Sequence record: OQ031495
Source of the DNA: Escherichia phage MRostami-2023e
Reading direction: 5' to 3' (one strand)
Length of the DNA: 64,000 nt
Position 1 is the stretch's first letter; the number at the start of each line of letters is the position of its first letter. A model generated the notes under the pieces. The model searched no databases, was not told the origin of the DNA, and saw only the letters and a program-made list of their open reading frames with translations. The translations under genes and the position numbers were made by a program. Of this stretch, positions 7,781 through 16,604 are shown piece after piece.

Positions 7781-8271
7781 TGATTAACAAAACATATTGG
7801 TCTAATATAGACGATGGCAACGAAGGTATTTCATACTATTCAGTAGATTGGTCAGGATGTCCATCCTACTTAGTGAAGCATATTTGCCAAGAATTTAAAA
7901 TCGACCAGCCAGCAGGTATTATCGTGAACAGATACATTAATGGATATCAACCTATCGATGAAGTAATACGAACAACTCAAGCTGAGCTTGAAAAGTTTTT
8001 CAATAAGTGCCAATGGATAACAGGATGGATTATATTTGTACCGTCGGTATGGTTTTTTAGTACTAAGGTGAGTTCTTTCGGTTTTGTTGATATTATTGCT
8101 ATCTTATTAGCATCTACTATCGTAAGTATTATTGGTGGCATCATTGGCGGCGGTACCGCCGCCATCATTATTAATCTTGTTAAAAGTAGTTTACAGGAAC
8201 GTAAAGACAGGATAAAGGCCAAGAATAATGAAGTTGAACGTTTTATTACCGAATGCAGGAATTTGAGATGA
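7780..8271 (+). CDS. membrane protein, paralog family (C-terminal ERFITECRNLR)
   Basis: ATGA overlap; Gly/Ile-rich TM segments; conserved C-terminal motif. Confidence 0.55.
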   Translation: MINKTYWSNIDDGNEGISYYSVDWSGCPSYLVKHICQEFKIDQPAGIIVNRYINGYQPIDEVIRTTQAELEKFFNKCQWITGWIIFVPSVWFFSTKVSSFGFVDIIAILLASTIVSIIGGIIGGGTAAIIINLVKSSLQERKDRIKAKNNEVERFITECRNLR

Positions 8272-8504
8272 GTATAGCAATTTACATTAAATCAGAATCA
8301 TGTGATAGTTATCTATACACATACGATAAAGATGTGTCAGAAGAAAAAATCAAAGACGACCTTAATATGGACCTTGATATGTTCTGTCCTATTGCAGATT
8401 ACAAACTTGCGGTCTCTAATAGTGAAAGTCCATCTAAAGAAACGCGCATTGAAGAATTTATGTCCGAATTAATGGCCAAATCATGGGACCGAGATGATGA
8501 GTAA
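8268..8504 (+). CDS. hypothetical acidic small protein
   Basis: ORF; start ambiguous between 8253 and 8268. Confidence 0.45.
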   Translation: MSIAIYIKSESCDSYLYTYDKDVSEEKIKDDLNMDLDMFCPIADYKLAVSNSESPSKETRIEEFMSELMAKSWDRDDE

Positions 8505-8952
8505 GAAAAATAAAGTGAAAGAACTATCAGCCGGTATTATTTTCCTTACCGAAGATAAAGAATTATTCATGGGGCGTGTAACTGGTTCTCGTCCTAAAGG
8601 TTCTTTAGCTCATCGGTGGGATATTCCTAAAGGACGTGTCGAGCCCGGTGAATCTCCTATCGAAGCCGCTATTCGCGAATGCGAAGAAGAAACTGGGTTT
8701 ACACAATATGACCCTGCCTTCCTGAAAGACCTAGGTGAACATCATTACTCAGACAATAAGAATATTCATCTGTTCCTATATACCATCCCTGTAGAGCACG
8801 AGCAATTCAGAAACAGTGTTTGTAATTCCTATCATACGTTCCCAGACGGACGTCAGATTCCTGAATTTGATGCATTCGCTTTAATTAAACCTTCTCAATG
8901 GGAATATGTAATGGGCAAATCATTATATAAGGTGCTCACTACCCTCCTATAA
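8494..8952 (+). CDS. nudE: Nudix hydrolase NudE (T4 e.1 homolog)
   Basis: Nudix box GRVEPGESPIEAAIRECEEETG; position immediately upstream of e. Confidence 0.8.
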   Translation: MMSKKNKVKELSAGIIFLTEDKELFMGRVTGSRPKGSLAHRWDIPKGRVEPGESPIEAAIRECEEETGFTQYDPAFLKDLGEHHYSDNKNIHLFLYTIPVEHEQFRNSVCNSYHTFPDGRQIPEFDAFALIKPSQWEYVMGKSLYKVLTTLL

Positions 8953-8960
8953 GTAATAAA

Positions 8961-8984
8961 TACCTCCTATAAACGTGGGAGGTA
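8961..8984 (+). promoter_or_regulatory. RNA hairpin sequestering the Shine-Dalgarno of lysozyme gene e, with late-promoter-like TATAAAcg in the loop
   Basis: tacctcc (8961-8967) pairs with ggaggta (8978-8984), which contains the GGAGG SD 5 nt before the ATG. Confidence 0.55.
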
Positions 8985-8986
8985 TT

Positions 8987-9475
8987 ATGAATATATTTGA
9001 AATGCTTCGTAATGACGAAGGTCTTAGACTGACTTTATACAAAGACACTGAAGGCTTTTGGACGATTGGCATAGGCCATTTAGTAACAAAGAACCCGTCT
9101 TTAGCCGTAGCTAAAGCTGAACTTGACAGAATGATCGGACGTAAATGCAACGGTACAATTACCCTTGATGAGGCCGAAAAGCTATTTAATGAAGACGTTG
9201 ATAAAGCCGTTCGCGGAATCTTGGGTAATGCTAAACTTAAACCGGTATATGATTCTTTAGATGCGGTTCGTCGTTGTGCATTGGTCAATATGGTCTTCCA
9301 AATGGGTGTAGCAGGCGTCGCCGGTTTTACTAATTCTCTTCGTATGCTTCAACAGAAACGTTGGGATGAAGCGGCAGTAAATCTAGCCCAATCTAAATGG
9401 TATCGTCAGACACCTAATCGCGCGAAACGCGTAATCTCAACATTTAAAACAGGAACTTGGAAAGCGTATATATGA
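8987..9475 (+). CDS. e: T4-type lysozyme (endolysin, gene e)
   Basis: MNIFEMLR...DEGLRL..YKDTEG..TIGIGHL...[27 protein letters not shown] matches remembered T4 lysozyme nearly throughout. Confidence 0.95.
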   Translation: MNIFEMLRNDEGLRLTLYKDTEGFWTIGIGHLVTKNPSLAVAKAELDRMIGRKCNGTITLDEAEKLFNEDVDKAVRGILGNAKLKPVYDSLDAVRRCALVNMVFQMGVAGVAGFTNSLRMLQQKRWDEAAVNLAQSKWYRQTPNRAKRVISTFKTGTWKAYI

Positions 9476-9753
9476 AAACATATAGTGAATTTTTATCAGA
9501 ATCTATTCTTAACGAAGCTACTGACACATTTGCAACTAAGCTAGGTGCAGCTTTGGTTGAAGCCGAAAGTCTACTAGCACGTATTTCTGAACTTGCTAGT
9601 AAGATAGATACTCGCAAATTTGAACGTACTAGCGATATCGCTAAGCTTGAAGCCTTGTTACGTATGTGCAATAAACCGGAAGAAATCGCTAAGAACGGCT
9701 CGCTGATGAAACAACGTCTTGAAAAATATATTTCAGGCGCTTCAGAAAAATAG
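9472..9753 (+). CDS. internal protein (IPII/IPIII-like) with capsid targeting sequence
   Basis: N-terminus [10 protein letters not shown]; T4 position of ipIII/ipII between e and denV. Confidence 0.65.
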   Translation: MKTYSEFLSESILNEATDTFATKLGAALVEAESLLARISELASKIDTRKFERTSDIAKLEALLRMCNKPEEIAKNGSLMKQRLEKYISGASEK

Positions 9754-9754
9754 T

Positions 9755-9788
9755 GTTTACTTCCTCCAAGGGTTTTGATACTATACAT
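9755..9788 (+). promoter_or_regulatory. T4-type early promoter candidate upstream of denV
   Basis: GTTTAC ... gaTACTATac. Confidence 0.4.
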
Positions 9789-9811
9789 TCATCAACTACT
9801 TGGAGGAAATT

Positions 9812-10348
9812 ATGACTCGTATCAATTTAACACTTGTTTCTGAACTGACCGACCAACATCTTATGGCTGAGTATCGTGAATTACCACGCGTATTTGGTGC
9901 AGTCCGTAAACATGTTCAAAACGGTAAACGTGTAAAGGATTTTAAAATCTCTCCAACATTTATCTTAGGCACAGGTCACGTAACATTCTTTTACGACAAA
10001 CTTGAATTTTTACGTTTAAGACAAATCGAGCTAATCGCTGAATGTTTGAAACGTGGTTTCAAAATCAAGGACACGACAGTCCAGGATATTTCCGACATCC
10101 CTGCCGAATTTCGTAATAATTATGTCCCGTCCGAAGCGTCCATTGCGATAAGTCAAGCACGCTTAGATGAAAAAATTGCTCAACGTCCGACTTGGTACAA
10201 ATACTATGGTAAATCAATTTACCAAGGAAAAATGAAAATGTATCAAGAATTTATCATTGAAGCAGATGCCAAAGGTCCTAAAGTAGATGTTGACGATATT
10301 GGATACGATTTTAACAACTTCGGAATTATTTCTGGCGGTAAAGCTTAA
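9812..10348 (+). CDS. denV: endonuclease V (pyrimidine-dimer DNA glycosylase DenV) with about 40-aa C-terminal extension
   Basis: First about 136 aa match remembered T4 DenV ([34 protein letters not shown]..); normal stop position is read through into [16 protein letters not shown].. Confidence 0.85.
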   Translation: MTRINLTLVSELTDQHLMAEYRELPRVFGAVRKHVQNGKRVKDFKISPTFILGTGHVTFFYDKLEFLRLRQIELIAECLKRGFKIKDTTVQDISDIPAEFRNNYVPSEASIAISQARLDEKIAQRPTWYKYYGKSIYQGKMKMYQEFIIEADAKGPKVDVDDIGYDFNNFGIISGGKA

Positions 10349-10411
10349 ATTGTTTACGCTTAAGTATTAATATGGTATAATTACTCTATCAAAACAAACA
10401 AGGAAACAAAA

Positions 10412-10729
10412 ATGAAAACATATAAAGAATTTATCGCCGAATCTGCTGCAGGACAACGTGTAGAAGGTGGTTATATCTGGATTGAACAAGTTGAGCCGCC
10501 AAGTCGCACTTCTACAGGTAAATGGAAAATCACTGTTGATGGTCCTGGTGGTAAACGTAGGACTCTTAAAGAAATTAATGGGTACTATGAAGAAGCTCTT
10601 TCTGACGCGGGTACTTATATGATGCAAATCATGATTAAAAACCCAGAAAATCGTTTTGCGGCTAGAGTTTTCCGCCGTATTGGAAATAAGCTTTATGATG
10701 CATATTCTAAAAACTTCCCTAAAGAATAA
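10412..10729 (+). CDS. internal-protein-like protein with capsid targeting sequence
   Basis: N-terminus MKTYKEFIAES. Confidence 0.6.
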   Translation: MKTYKEFIAESAAGQRVEGGYIWIEQVEPPSRTSTGKWKITVDGPGGKRRTLKEINGYYEEALSDAGTYMMQIMIKNPENRFAARVFRRIGNKLYDAYSKNFPKE

Positions 10730-10745
10730 AAATTAAAGGAAACAT

Positions 10746-10777
10746 ATGAAAACATATCAAGAATTTATTACTGAAGC
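10746..10777 (+). CDS. internal-protein-like gene, 5' end only (continues into masked region)
   Basis: AAGGAAACATATG start; MKTYQEFITE capsid-targeting-like N-terminus; truncated by N-run. Confidence 0.5.
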
Positions 10778-11381
10778 NNNNNNNNNNNNNNNNNNNNNNN
10801 NNNNNNNNNNNNNNNNNNNNNNNNNNNNNNNNNNNNNNNNNNNNNNNNNNNNNNNNNNNNNNNNNNNNNNNNNNNNNNNNNNNNNNNNNNNNNNNNNNNN
10901 NNNNNNNNNNNNNNNNNNNNNNNNNNNNNNNNNNNNNNNNNNNNNNNNNNNNNNNNNNNNNNNNNNNNNNNNNNNNNNNNNNNNNNNNNNNNNNNNNNNN
11001 NNNNNNNNNNNNNNNNNNNNNNNNNNNNNNNNNNNNNNNNNNNNNNNNNNNNNNNNNNNNNNNNNNNNNNNNNNNNNNNNNNNNNNNNNNNNNNNNNNNN
11101 NNNNNNNNNNNNNNNNNNNNNNNNNNNNNNNNNNNNNNNNNNNNNNNNNNNNNNNNNNNNNNNNNNNNNNNNNNNNNNNNNNNNNNNNNNNNNNNNNNNN
11201 NNNNNNNNNNNNNNNNNTATTTACATTCAAATAACATGGGAACAACCTGGACCTCATGATTCTATGAGGGATTCCCGCCAACCTGTAATAAGGTCGAGCC
11301 CAAGTGCGGTAATGGGTTTACATAGCGAGTCGAAGGACCTAACATGTGCCACGGAATGGCCCAAACCTTAAGAGAAATAAT

Positions 11382-11921
11382 ATGAGAACATTTTTAACTG
11401 GACCTTATCTATCCCTGATGAATGCTTTTACACACCATTCTGATGCTAGAGTAGAAGAAATTTGTAAGAACGGATATGTCCCACCATTTGAAGACGTACT
11501 CAAGCAGTACTGTACACTTCGTTTAGACGGCGGCCGACAATCAGGTAAATCAATTGCTGTGACTAACTTTGCTGCTAATTGGCTGTATGATGGTGGAACG
11601 GTTATTGTTCTTTCTAATACTTCAGCTTATGCTAAAATTTCTGCTGGCAACATTGAAAAAGAATTTTCTCGTTATTCTAGCGACGATATTCGATTCCGTT
11701 TATTTACTGATTCTGTTCGTAGTTTTATTGGCAATGAAGGTTCTAAATTCCGTGGATTAACGCTTTCTCGTATTCTGTATATAATTGACGAGCCTATTAA
11801 AGCTCCTGATATGGATAAGATTTACAATGTCCATATTAAAACAGTACAGTACTGCTGTAAAAGCAAATATTGCATCGGCGGTAATGCTCGTCCTCAATTT
11901 TTTGTGATTGGAATGCAATGA
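11382..11921 (+). CDS. hypothetical P-loop protein (179 aa)
   Basis: Walker A-like GGRQSGKS. Confidence 0.5.
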   Translation: MRTFLTGPYLSLMNAFTHHSDARVEEICKNGYVPPFEDVLKQYCTLRLDGGRQSGKSIAVTNFAANWLYDGGTVIVLSNTSAYAKISAGNIEKEFSRYSSDDIRFRLFTDSVRSFIGNEGSKFRGLTLSRILYIIDEPIKAPDMDKIYNVHIKTVQYCCKSKYCIGGNARPQFFVIGMQ

Positions 11922-12226
11922 TGACCACTATTGAAGTTTTTGAATATTGTTATAACAGTCCAGTATGCAATAAAAGGGCCCTTGTAGAAAATTACGAGAT
12001 TTACCATTTTAAACCTAAACGATATCGTTTGACTAAAGGTCCGTTCGCAGGGCAGCAGGTTCTTTGTACTGCTCCTAATGCACGACTGATGACTAGTATT
12101 CCACATTTCAAAATGGAATTTATTGATGGGCCATTTAAGGGATTAATCACTCAAAGTTTAATGGCGTTTAATTCCGTCCCATTTTTGATTAAAGAAAAAA
12201 CTTGGATAAATTTATTTTCTAATTGA
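11918..12226 (+). CDS. hypothetical protein (102 aa)
   Basis: ATGA-coupled ORF. Confidence 0.5.
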   Translation: MMTTIEVFEYCYNSPVCNKRALVENYEIYHFKPKRYRLTKGPFAGQQVLCTAPNARLMTSIPHFKMEFIDGPFKGLITQSLMAFNSVPFLIKEKTWINLFSN

Positions 12227-12232
12227 GGTTAT

Positions 12233-12595
12233 ATGAAAGCATATCAAATTCTTGAAGGCACACACAAAGGCACTATTTATTTTGAAGACGGTACTCAAGC
12301 CCGGATTATTGTCTCTAAGACTTTTAAAGAAGACGCTATTGTAGACCCGGAAATTTTCTACGGTTTGCATGCCCGTGAAATTGAAATTGAACATCAACCT
12401 AAAGTTAAAATTGAAGGTGGTCAACATCTGAACGTTAACGTTCTGCGTCGTGAAACTCTGGAAGATGCAGTTAAGCATCCAGAAAAATATCCGCAGTTGA
12501 CCATCCGTGTATCCGGTTATGCAGTTCGCTTTAACTCTCTGACTCCGGAACAGCAGCGCGACGTTATCGCTCGTACCTTTACTGAGAGTCTATAA
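12233..12595 (+). CDS. GrcA/YfiD-like autonomous glycyl-radical cofactor protein
   Basis: C-terminal [56 protein letters not shown] contains the glycyl-radical motif RVSGYAV; 3' half is GC-rich with host-like codons. Confidence 0.8.
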   Translation: MKAYQILEGTHKGTIYFEDGTQARIIVSKTFKEDAIVDPEIFYGLHAREIEIEHQPKVKIEGGQHLNVNVLRRETLEDAVKHPEKYPQLTIRVSGYAVRFNSLTPEQQRDVIARTFTESL

Positions 12596-12819
12596 TGGCT
12601 AAATTGATTATAGAAGGGTCTGAAGATGTTTTAAAATGTTTTGCCGCCTGGTTTAGTTGCTCAGGCGAGCAATCATTCATTGAAGCATTTAGAATGGGTG
12701 ATATTACTGGAAACTATCCGGCAACTGATATCACTGTACGTGGATATGGTATTAATGAGCCTATCCAATTGGTCGAATATGACCTTGCCACCGATGAGGA
12801 AATTCCTTATGTCGATTGA
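12595..12819 (+). CDS. hypothetical protein (74 aa)
   Basis: ATG overlapping upstream stop. Confidence 0.5.
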   Translation: MAKLIIEGSEDVLKCFAAWFSCSGEQSFIEAFRMGDITGNYPATDITVRGYGINEPIQLVEYDLATDEEIPYVD

Positions 12820-13075
12820 AGATATTAAAGGCTACAAGCCACATACCGACGATAAAATCGGTAAAGTGAACGCTATTAAAGATGCAGAAGTCCGTCTTGG
12901 ATTGTTGTTTGATGCTCTGATTGAAGAAGCATATATCTTGAAAGAAAATGAAACAGAGCAACAAACCAAAGAAGATATGGATGCAGTACAGGCTCTTAAG
13001 TATGCTAAGCAACATCTAAAAGAAGCCAGCATGTGGGCCTGTCGTGCAGTATTTCGACCTGAGGAAAAATACTAA
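12809..13075 (+). CDS. hypothetical protein (88 aa)
   Basis: ATG at 12809 overlapping upstream stop; long upstream reading frame judged not coding. Confidence 0.45.
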   Translation: MSIEDIKGYKPHTDDKIGKVNAIKDAEVRLGLLFDALIEEAYILKENETEQQTKEDMDAVQALKYAKQHLKEASMWACRAVFRPEEKY

Positions 13076-13293
13076 TGGCTNNNNNNNNNNNNNNNNNNNN
13101 NNNNNNNNNNNNNNNNNNNNNNNNNNNNNNNNNNNNNNNNNNNNNNNNNNNNNNNNNNNNNNNNNNNNNNNNNNNNNNNNNNNNNNNNNNNNNNNNNNNN
13201 NNNNNNNNNNNNNNNNNNNNNNNNNNNNNNNNNNNNNNNNNNNNNNNNNNNNNNNNNNNNNNNNNNNNNNNNNNNNNNNNNNATCAAAGAGTA

Positions 13294-13325
13294 GTTTACT
13301 TCTCCTCTAGTTGTGTTACTATAGA
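13294..13325 (+). promoter_or_regulatory. T4-type early promoter candidate
   Basis: GTTTAC ... tgtTACTATag. Confidence 0.45.
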
Positions 13326-13350
13326 CCTGTCAACTAGAGGAGAAATCAAA

Positions 13351-13809
13351 ATGACTATCAATTCAGACGTTTTTATCCGCCGTAATAAACTCCGTCGAAT
13401 CTTTGAAACGGAGTTCCGCAAAATAAATGCCAGTATAAAAGATGCTGCAAAGTCTCTTGGACTACCAGGCTTTCATATCAAGTATTCTCAACATCTCTTA
13501 GATCGTGCCATCCAGAGAGAAATAGATGAGAATTACGTTTTTGAATTATTTCGTAAAGTAAAAAATCATGTTAAAGAAGTTGCAGAATTTTTATCAATGC
13601 CGGCACGTCCAGATGTTGATGAAGATTTTGTCGAAGGCGTCGAATATCGCCCAGGCCGTTTAGAAATAACTGATGGAAATCTTTGGTTAGGACTTACAGT
13701 CTGTCGCGAAAATCCAGCATTCAAAATGAAGACTCTTCAATGCAGAATGGCTATTATTAACAGTAAACGACTACCAGGAAAAGCTTCTAAAGCCGTGATT
13801 AAAATCTAG
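13351..13809 (+). CDS. regB: RegB-like sequence-specific endoribonuclease
   Basis: MTINSDVFIRRNKLRR...HIKYSQHLLDRAIQREIDE...CRMAIINS.RLPGKASKAVIK matches my memory of T4 RegB (153 aa); correct map position. Confidence 0.65.
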   Translation: MTINSDVFIRRNKLRRIFETEFRKINASIKDAAKSLGLPGFHIKYSQHLLDRAIQREIDENYVFELFRKVKNHVKEVAEFLSMPARPDVDEDFVEGVEYRPGRLEITDGNLWLGLTVCRENPAFKMKTLQCRMAIINSKRLPGKASKAVIKI

Positions 13810-13817
13810 AGGTAAAC

Positions 13818-14360
13818 ATGAGAAAAGCACTACTCGCTGGTCTATTTGCTCTTTCATTATCAGCACATAGCTCCGAGCATACTTTTAGTAATGTCCAACT
13901 CGATAACTTGAATTATGCTTATCAGTTTGGGGAACAGTTTTCTAAGGATGGAAAATTTAAAACGCATGAAAATATGCATAAGAAAGGACTTGGATACATA
14001 ATGGCCGCAATACTATGGCAAGAATCATCTGCCGGTATTAATCTTAAAGATAAGAAAGGTCACCATGCGTATGGAATGTTCCAAAATTATCTACCAACAA
14101 TGAGGGCAAGAATTAACCAGCTTGGTTACAATATGACTGATGCCCAAATTAAGAAAATGCTATCTAAGCGGTCTAATTCAGCCAGATGGGCTTATATAGA
14201 ATTTTCTTATTGGTTAAATATACATAACGGGGATATAAGAAAAGCTATATCCTCATATAATGCGGGATGGAAGACAAGTGCTGGAAGTAAATATGCTTCT
14301 GAAGTCCTAGAAAAGGCTAATTACCTTAAATCAAATAAACTACTGGAAATAAAAGAATGA
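13818..14360 (+). CDS. secreted lytic-transglycosylase (SLT-domain)-like protein
   Basis: N-terminal signal peptide; ES...AYGMFQ pattern resembling SLT catalytic ES and GLMQ motifs. Confidence 0.5.
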   Translation: MRKALLAGLFALSLSAHSSEHTFSNVQLDNLNYAYQFGEQFSKDGKFKTHENMHKKGLGYIMAAILWQESSAGINLKDKKGHHAYGMFQNYLPTMRARINQLGYNMTDAQIKKMLSKRSNSARWAYIEFSYWLNIHNGDIRKAISSYNAGWKTSAGSKYASEVLEKANYLKSNKLLEIKE

Positions 14361-14704
14361 CCAAAATGTTGGCTTTAATAGTTGGCTTGGTTTCATTTAA
14401 CGCTCTTGCTAATACTACATATACTGATGTAACGGAGTATACAAACAGAACGGCGTCTGATTATTGTGGTAAAAGTCAAGAGTGTAAAGTAGATTTTTCA
14501 CAAAAATTGTTATATGCGTATAAAGACGGAGAAAAAGATGGGGCGTCTAGTAGGTTCAAGGCGTCTACCTTAATTAAAAGATACTATAAAAAATGGCAAA
14601 TATTAGAATGCTCGGTGGCGGAACCTAAAGATAAGGCAGCATGCAATTCTATGGTGGACCGTCTAGTTGACTCTTATAATAGAGGACTTGCAGCAAGTGA
14701 TTAA
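14357..14704 (+). CDS. secreted/periplasmic small protein (115 aa)
   Basis: Signal peptide MTKMLALIVGLVSFNALA; Cys-containing mature part. Confidence 0.5.
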   Translation: MTKMLALIVGLVSFNALANTTYTDVTEYTNRTASDYCGKSQECKVDFSQKLLYAYKDGEKDGASSRFKASTLIKRYYKKWQILECSVAEPKDKAACNSMVDRLVDSYNRGLAASD

Positions 14705-15154
14705 AAACTATATCAAGGGCGATATTGTCGCCCTGTTTTCTAAAGGTAATAATATTGCTCATGGGTGTAATTGTTTTCATACAATGGGCGCCGGTGTAGC
14801 AGGCCAATTAGCAAAGGCTTATCCAAAAATTTTAGAAGCCGATAAACTTCAAACTGCATATGGAGACGAGTCTAAACTCGGGTCTTATTCGGTTTATGAA
14901 AAATATTTTAAGACCCATAAAGCTTATTGCTTTAATCTTTATACGCAGTTTGAGCCTGGACCTAATTTTGAGTACTCTGCTTTAATGAATTGTATAATAG
15001 AATTAAATGAATTCGGAAAGAATAAGATAACAAAGCCTGTAATTTATATGCCAAGAATTGGTGCCGGTATTGGTGGTGGAAACTGGGATGTCATCGAAGA
15101 GATTTTAGATACGTATTCCACTAAACTAGAAATTGTGATTGTTGATTGGGAACC
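14697..15154 (+). CDS. macro-domain (ADP-ribose-binding/processing) protein, 3' end masked
   Basis: GDIV..(N)AHGCNCF..MGAGVAGQL resembles macro-domain NAAN/GGGV motifs; GTG start at 14697 assumed; runs into N-run. Confidence 0.45.
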
Positions 15155-15578
15155 NNNNNNNNNNNNNNNNNNNNNNNNNNNNNNNNNNNNNNNNNNNNNN
15201 NNNNNNNNNNNNNNNNNNNNNNNNNNNNNNNNNNNNNNNNNNNNNNNNNNNNNNNNNNNNNNNNNNNNNNNNNNNNNNNNNNNNNNNNNNNNNNNNNNNN
15301 NNNNNNNNNNNNNNNNNNNNNNNNNNNNNNNNNNNNNNNNNNNNNNNNNNNNNNNNNNNNNNNNNNNNNNNNNNNNNNNNNNNNNNNNNNNNNNNNNNNN
15401 NNNNNNNNNNNNNNNNATGGACTGTTTTTTTTACTTTATGTAACGATGAAATGATATGTGATTTTGATTATTGGTGTTATTGCTATTGATACAATAAAGG
15501 ATGTACAAATCATACAGGTGAAGGTTTCTATTCCGGGTTTCAACCGTATCCAGACTTTGTNNNNNNNNGTGAACCTAA

Positions 15579-15761
15579 ATGAAATTAACTAAAGAAGAGA
15601 AAGCTAAACTGTTCGAACTTATCCATGACCTATTGGACGAGCAAGCAGCCACCAATGCGTACGATGAATATGCTCCTTTAACAGATGAAGAATATCAAGC
15701 ATTGATGGAATCATTTGACAGGAAAGAACAAGAACTCATTGACTACGTGAATTCACTATAA
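15579..15761 (+). CDS. hypothetical acidic small protein (60 aa)
   Basis: ORF between masked region and tk. Confidence 0.45.
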   Translation: MKLTKEEKAKLFELIHDLLDEQAATNAYDEYAPLTDEEYQALMESFDRKEQELIDYVNSL

Positions 15762-15770
15762 GGGACTCTT

Positions 15771-16352
15771 ATGGCTAGTTTAATTTTTACATATGCCGCT
15801 ATGAATGCTGGTAAGTCTGCTTCATTACTTACTGCCGCACATAACTATAAAGAACGTGGCATGGGTGTATTAGTTCTTAAACCGGCTATTGATACTCGCG
15901 ATTCAAAAGGTGAAATAGTCTCTCGTATTGGTATTCGTCAGGATGCCAATATAATTACAAAAGACATGGATATCTTTGAATTCTATAAATGGGCTGCAGC
16001 ACAAAAGGATATTCACTGTGTATTTGTTGACGAAGCTCAGTTCTTAACTACTGAAAAGGTGTATCAACTTAGTCGTATTGTTGACGTATACAATGTGCCG
16101 GTAATGGCATATGGACTACGAACAGATTTTAAAGGTAATCTATTTGAAGGTTCTCAAGCATTAATGGCTATTGCCGATAAGCTTGTTGAACTTAAAGGTG
16201 TCTGTCATTGTGGTAAAAAGGCCACAATGGTAGCTAGAGTCACGGAAGACGGACTTCCAATTACAGATGGCAGTCAAATTGAAATTGGTGATACCGATAG
16301 ATATGTGTCATTATGCCGGAAGCATTGGAATGATTTGACAGGGTTGTTATAA
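15771..16352 (+). CDS. tk: thymidine kinase
   Basis: P-loop AMNAGKS, Zn-finger CHCG...C; 193 aa as in T4 Tk. Confidence 0.9.
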   Translation: MASLIFTYAAMNAGKSASLLTAAHNYKERGMGVLVLKPAIDTRDSKGEIVSRIGIRQDANIITKDMDIFEFYKWAAAQKDIHCVFVDEAQFLTTEKVYQLSRIVDVYNVPVMAYGLRTDFKGNLFEGSQALMAIADKLVELKGVCHCGKKATMVARVTEDGLPITDGSQIEIGDTDRYVSLCRKHWNDLTGLL

Positions 16353-16379
16353 ATACTAATATCTAACCAAGAGGTATAT

Positions 16380-16592
16380 ATGCAGCAATTAAACGAAAGA
16401 CAACTTCGTAATCTTACTGTAACCCAATTGGATGAAATCCGAAGAGAATTAGGACATTCTATTTCTCATTTAAACGAGGATATCCGTCAAACTGGTTCTA
16501 AAGCTGATTATACACGCAAGCGCAAGCTGGAAAAATACCTCACAGATGTTAAGGCCGTCCAAAGGCGAAAAATAAATACTGGCCAAAATTAA
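16380..16592 (+). CDS. hypothetical protein (position of T4 rI.1)
   Basis: ORF with AAGAGGTATATATG start. Confidence 0.5.
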   Translation: MQQLNERQLRNLTVTQLDEIRRELGHSISHLNEDIRQTGSKADYTRKRKLEKYLTDVKAVQRRKINTGQN

Positions 16593-16604
16593 CAGGAGGC
16601 CTAT

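Noticed and set aside
11218-11345. Possible structured RNA or intron 3' end following the 440-nt masked region (ggtcgag...cgagtcgaaggacc)
   Set aside because: Only weak, non-nested complementarity; cannot be evaluated without the masked upstream sequence
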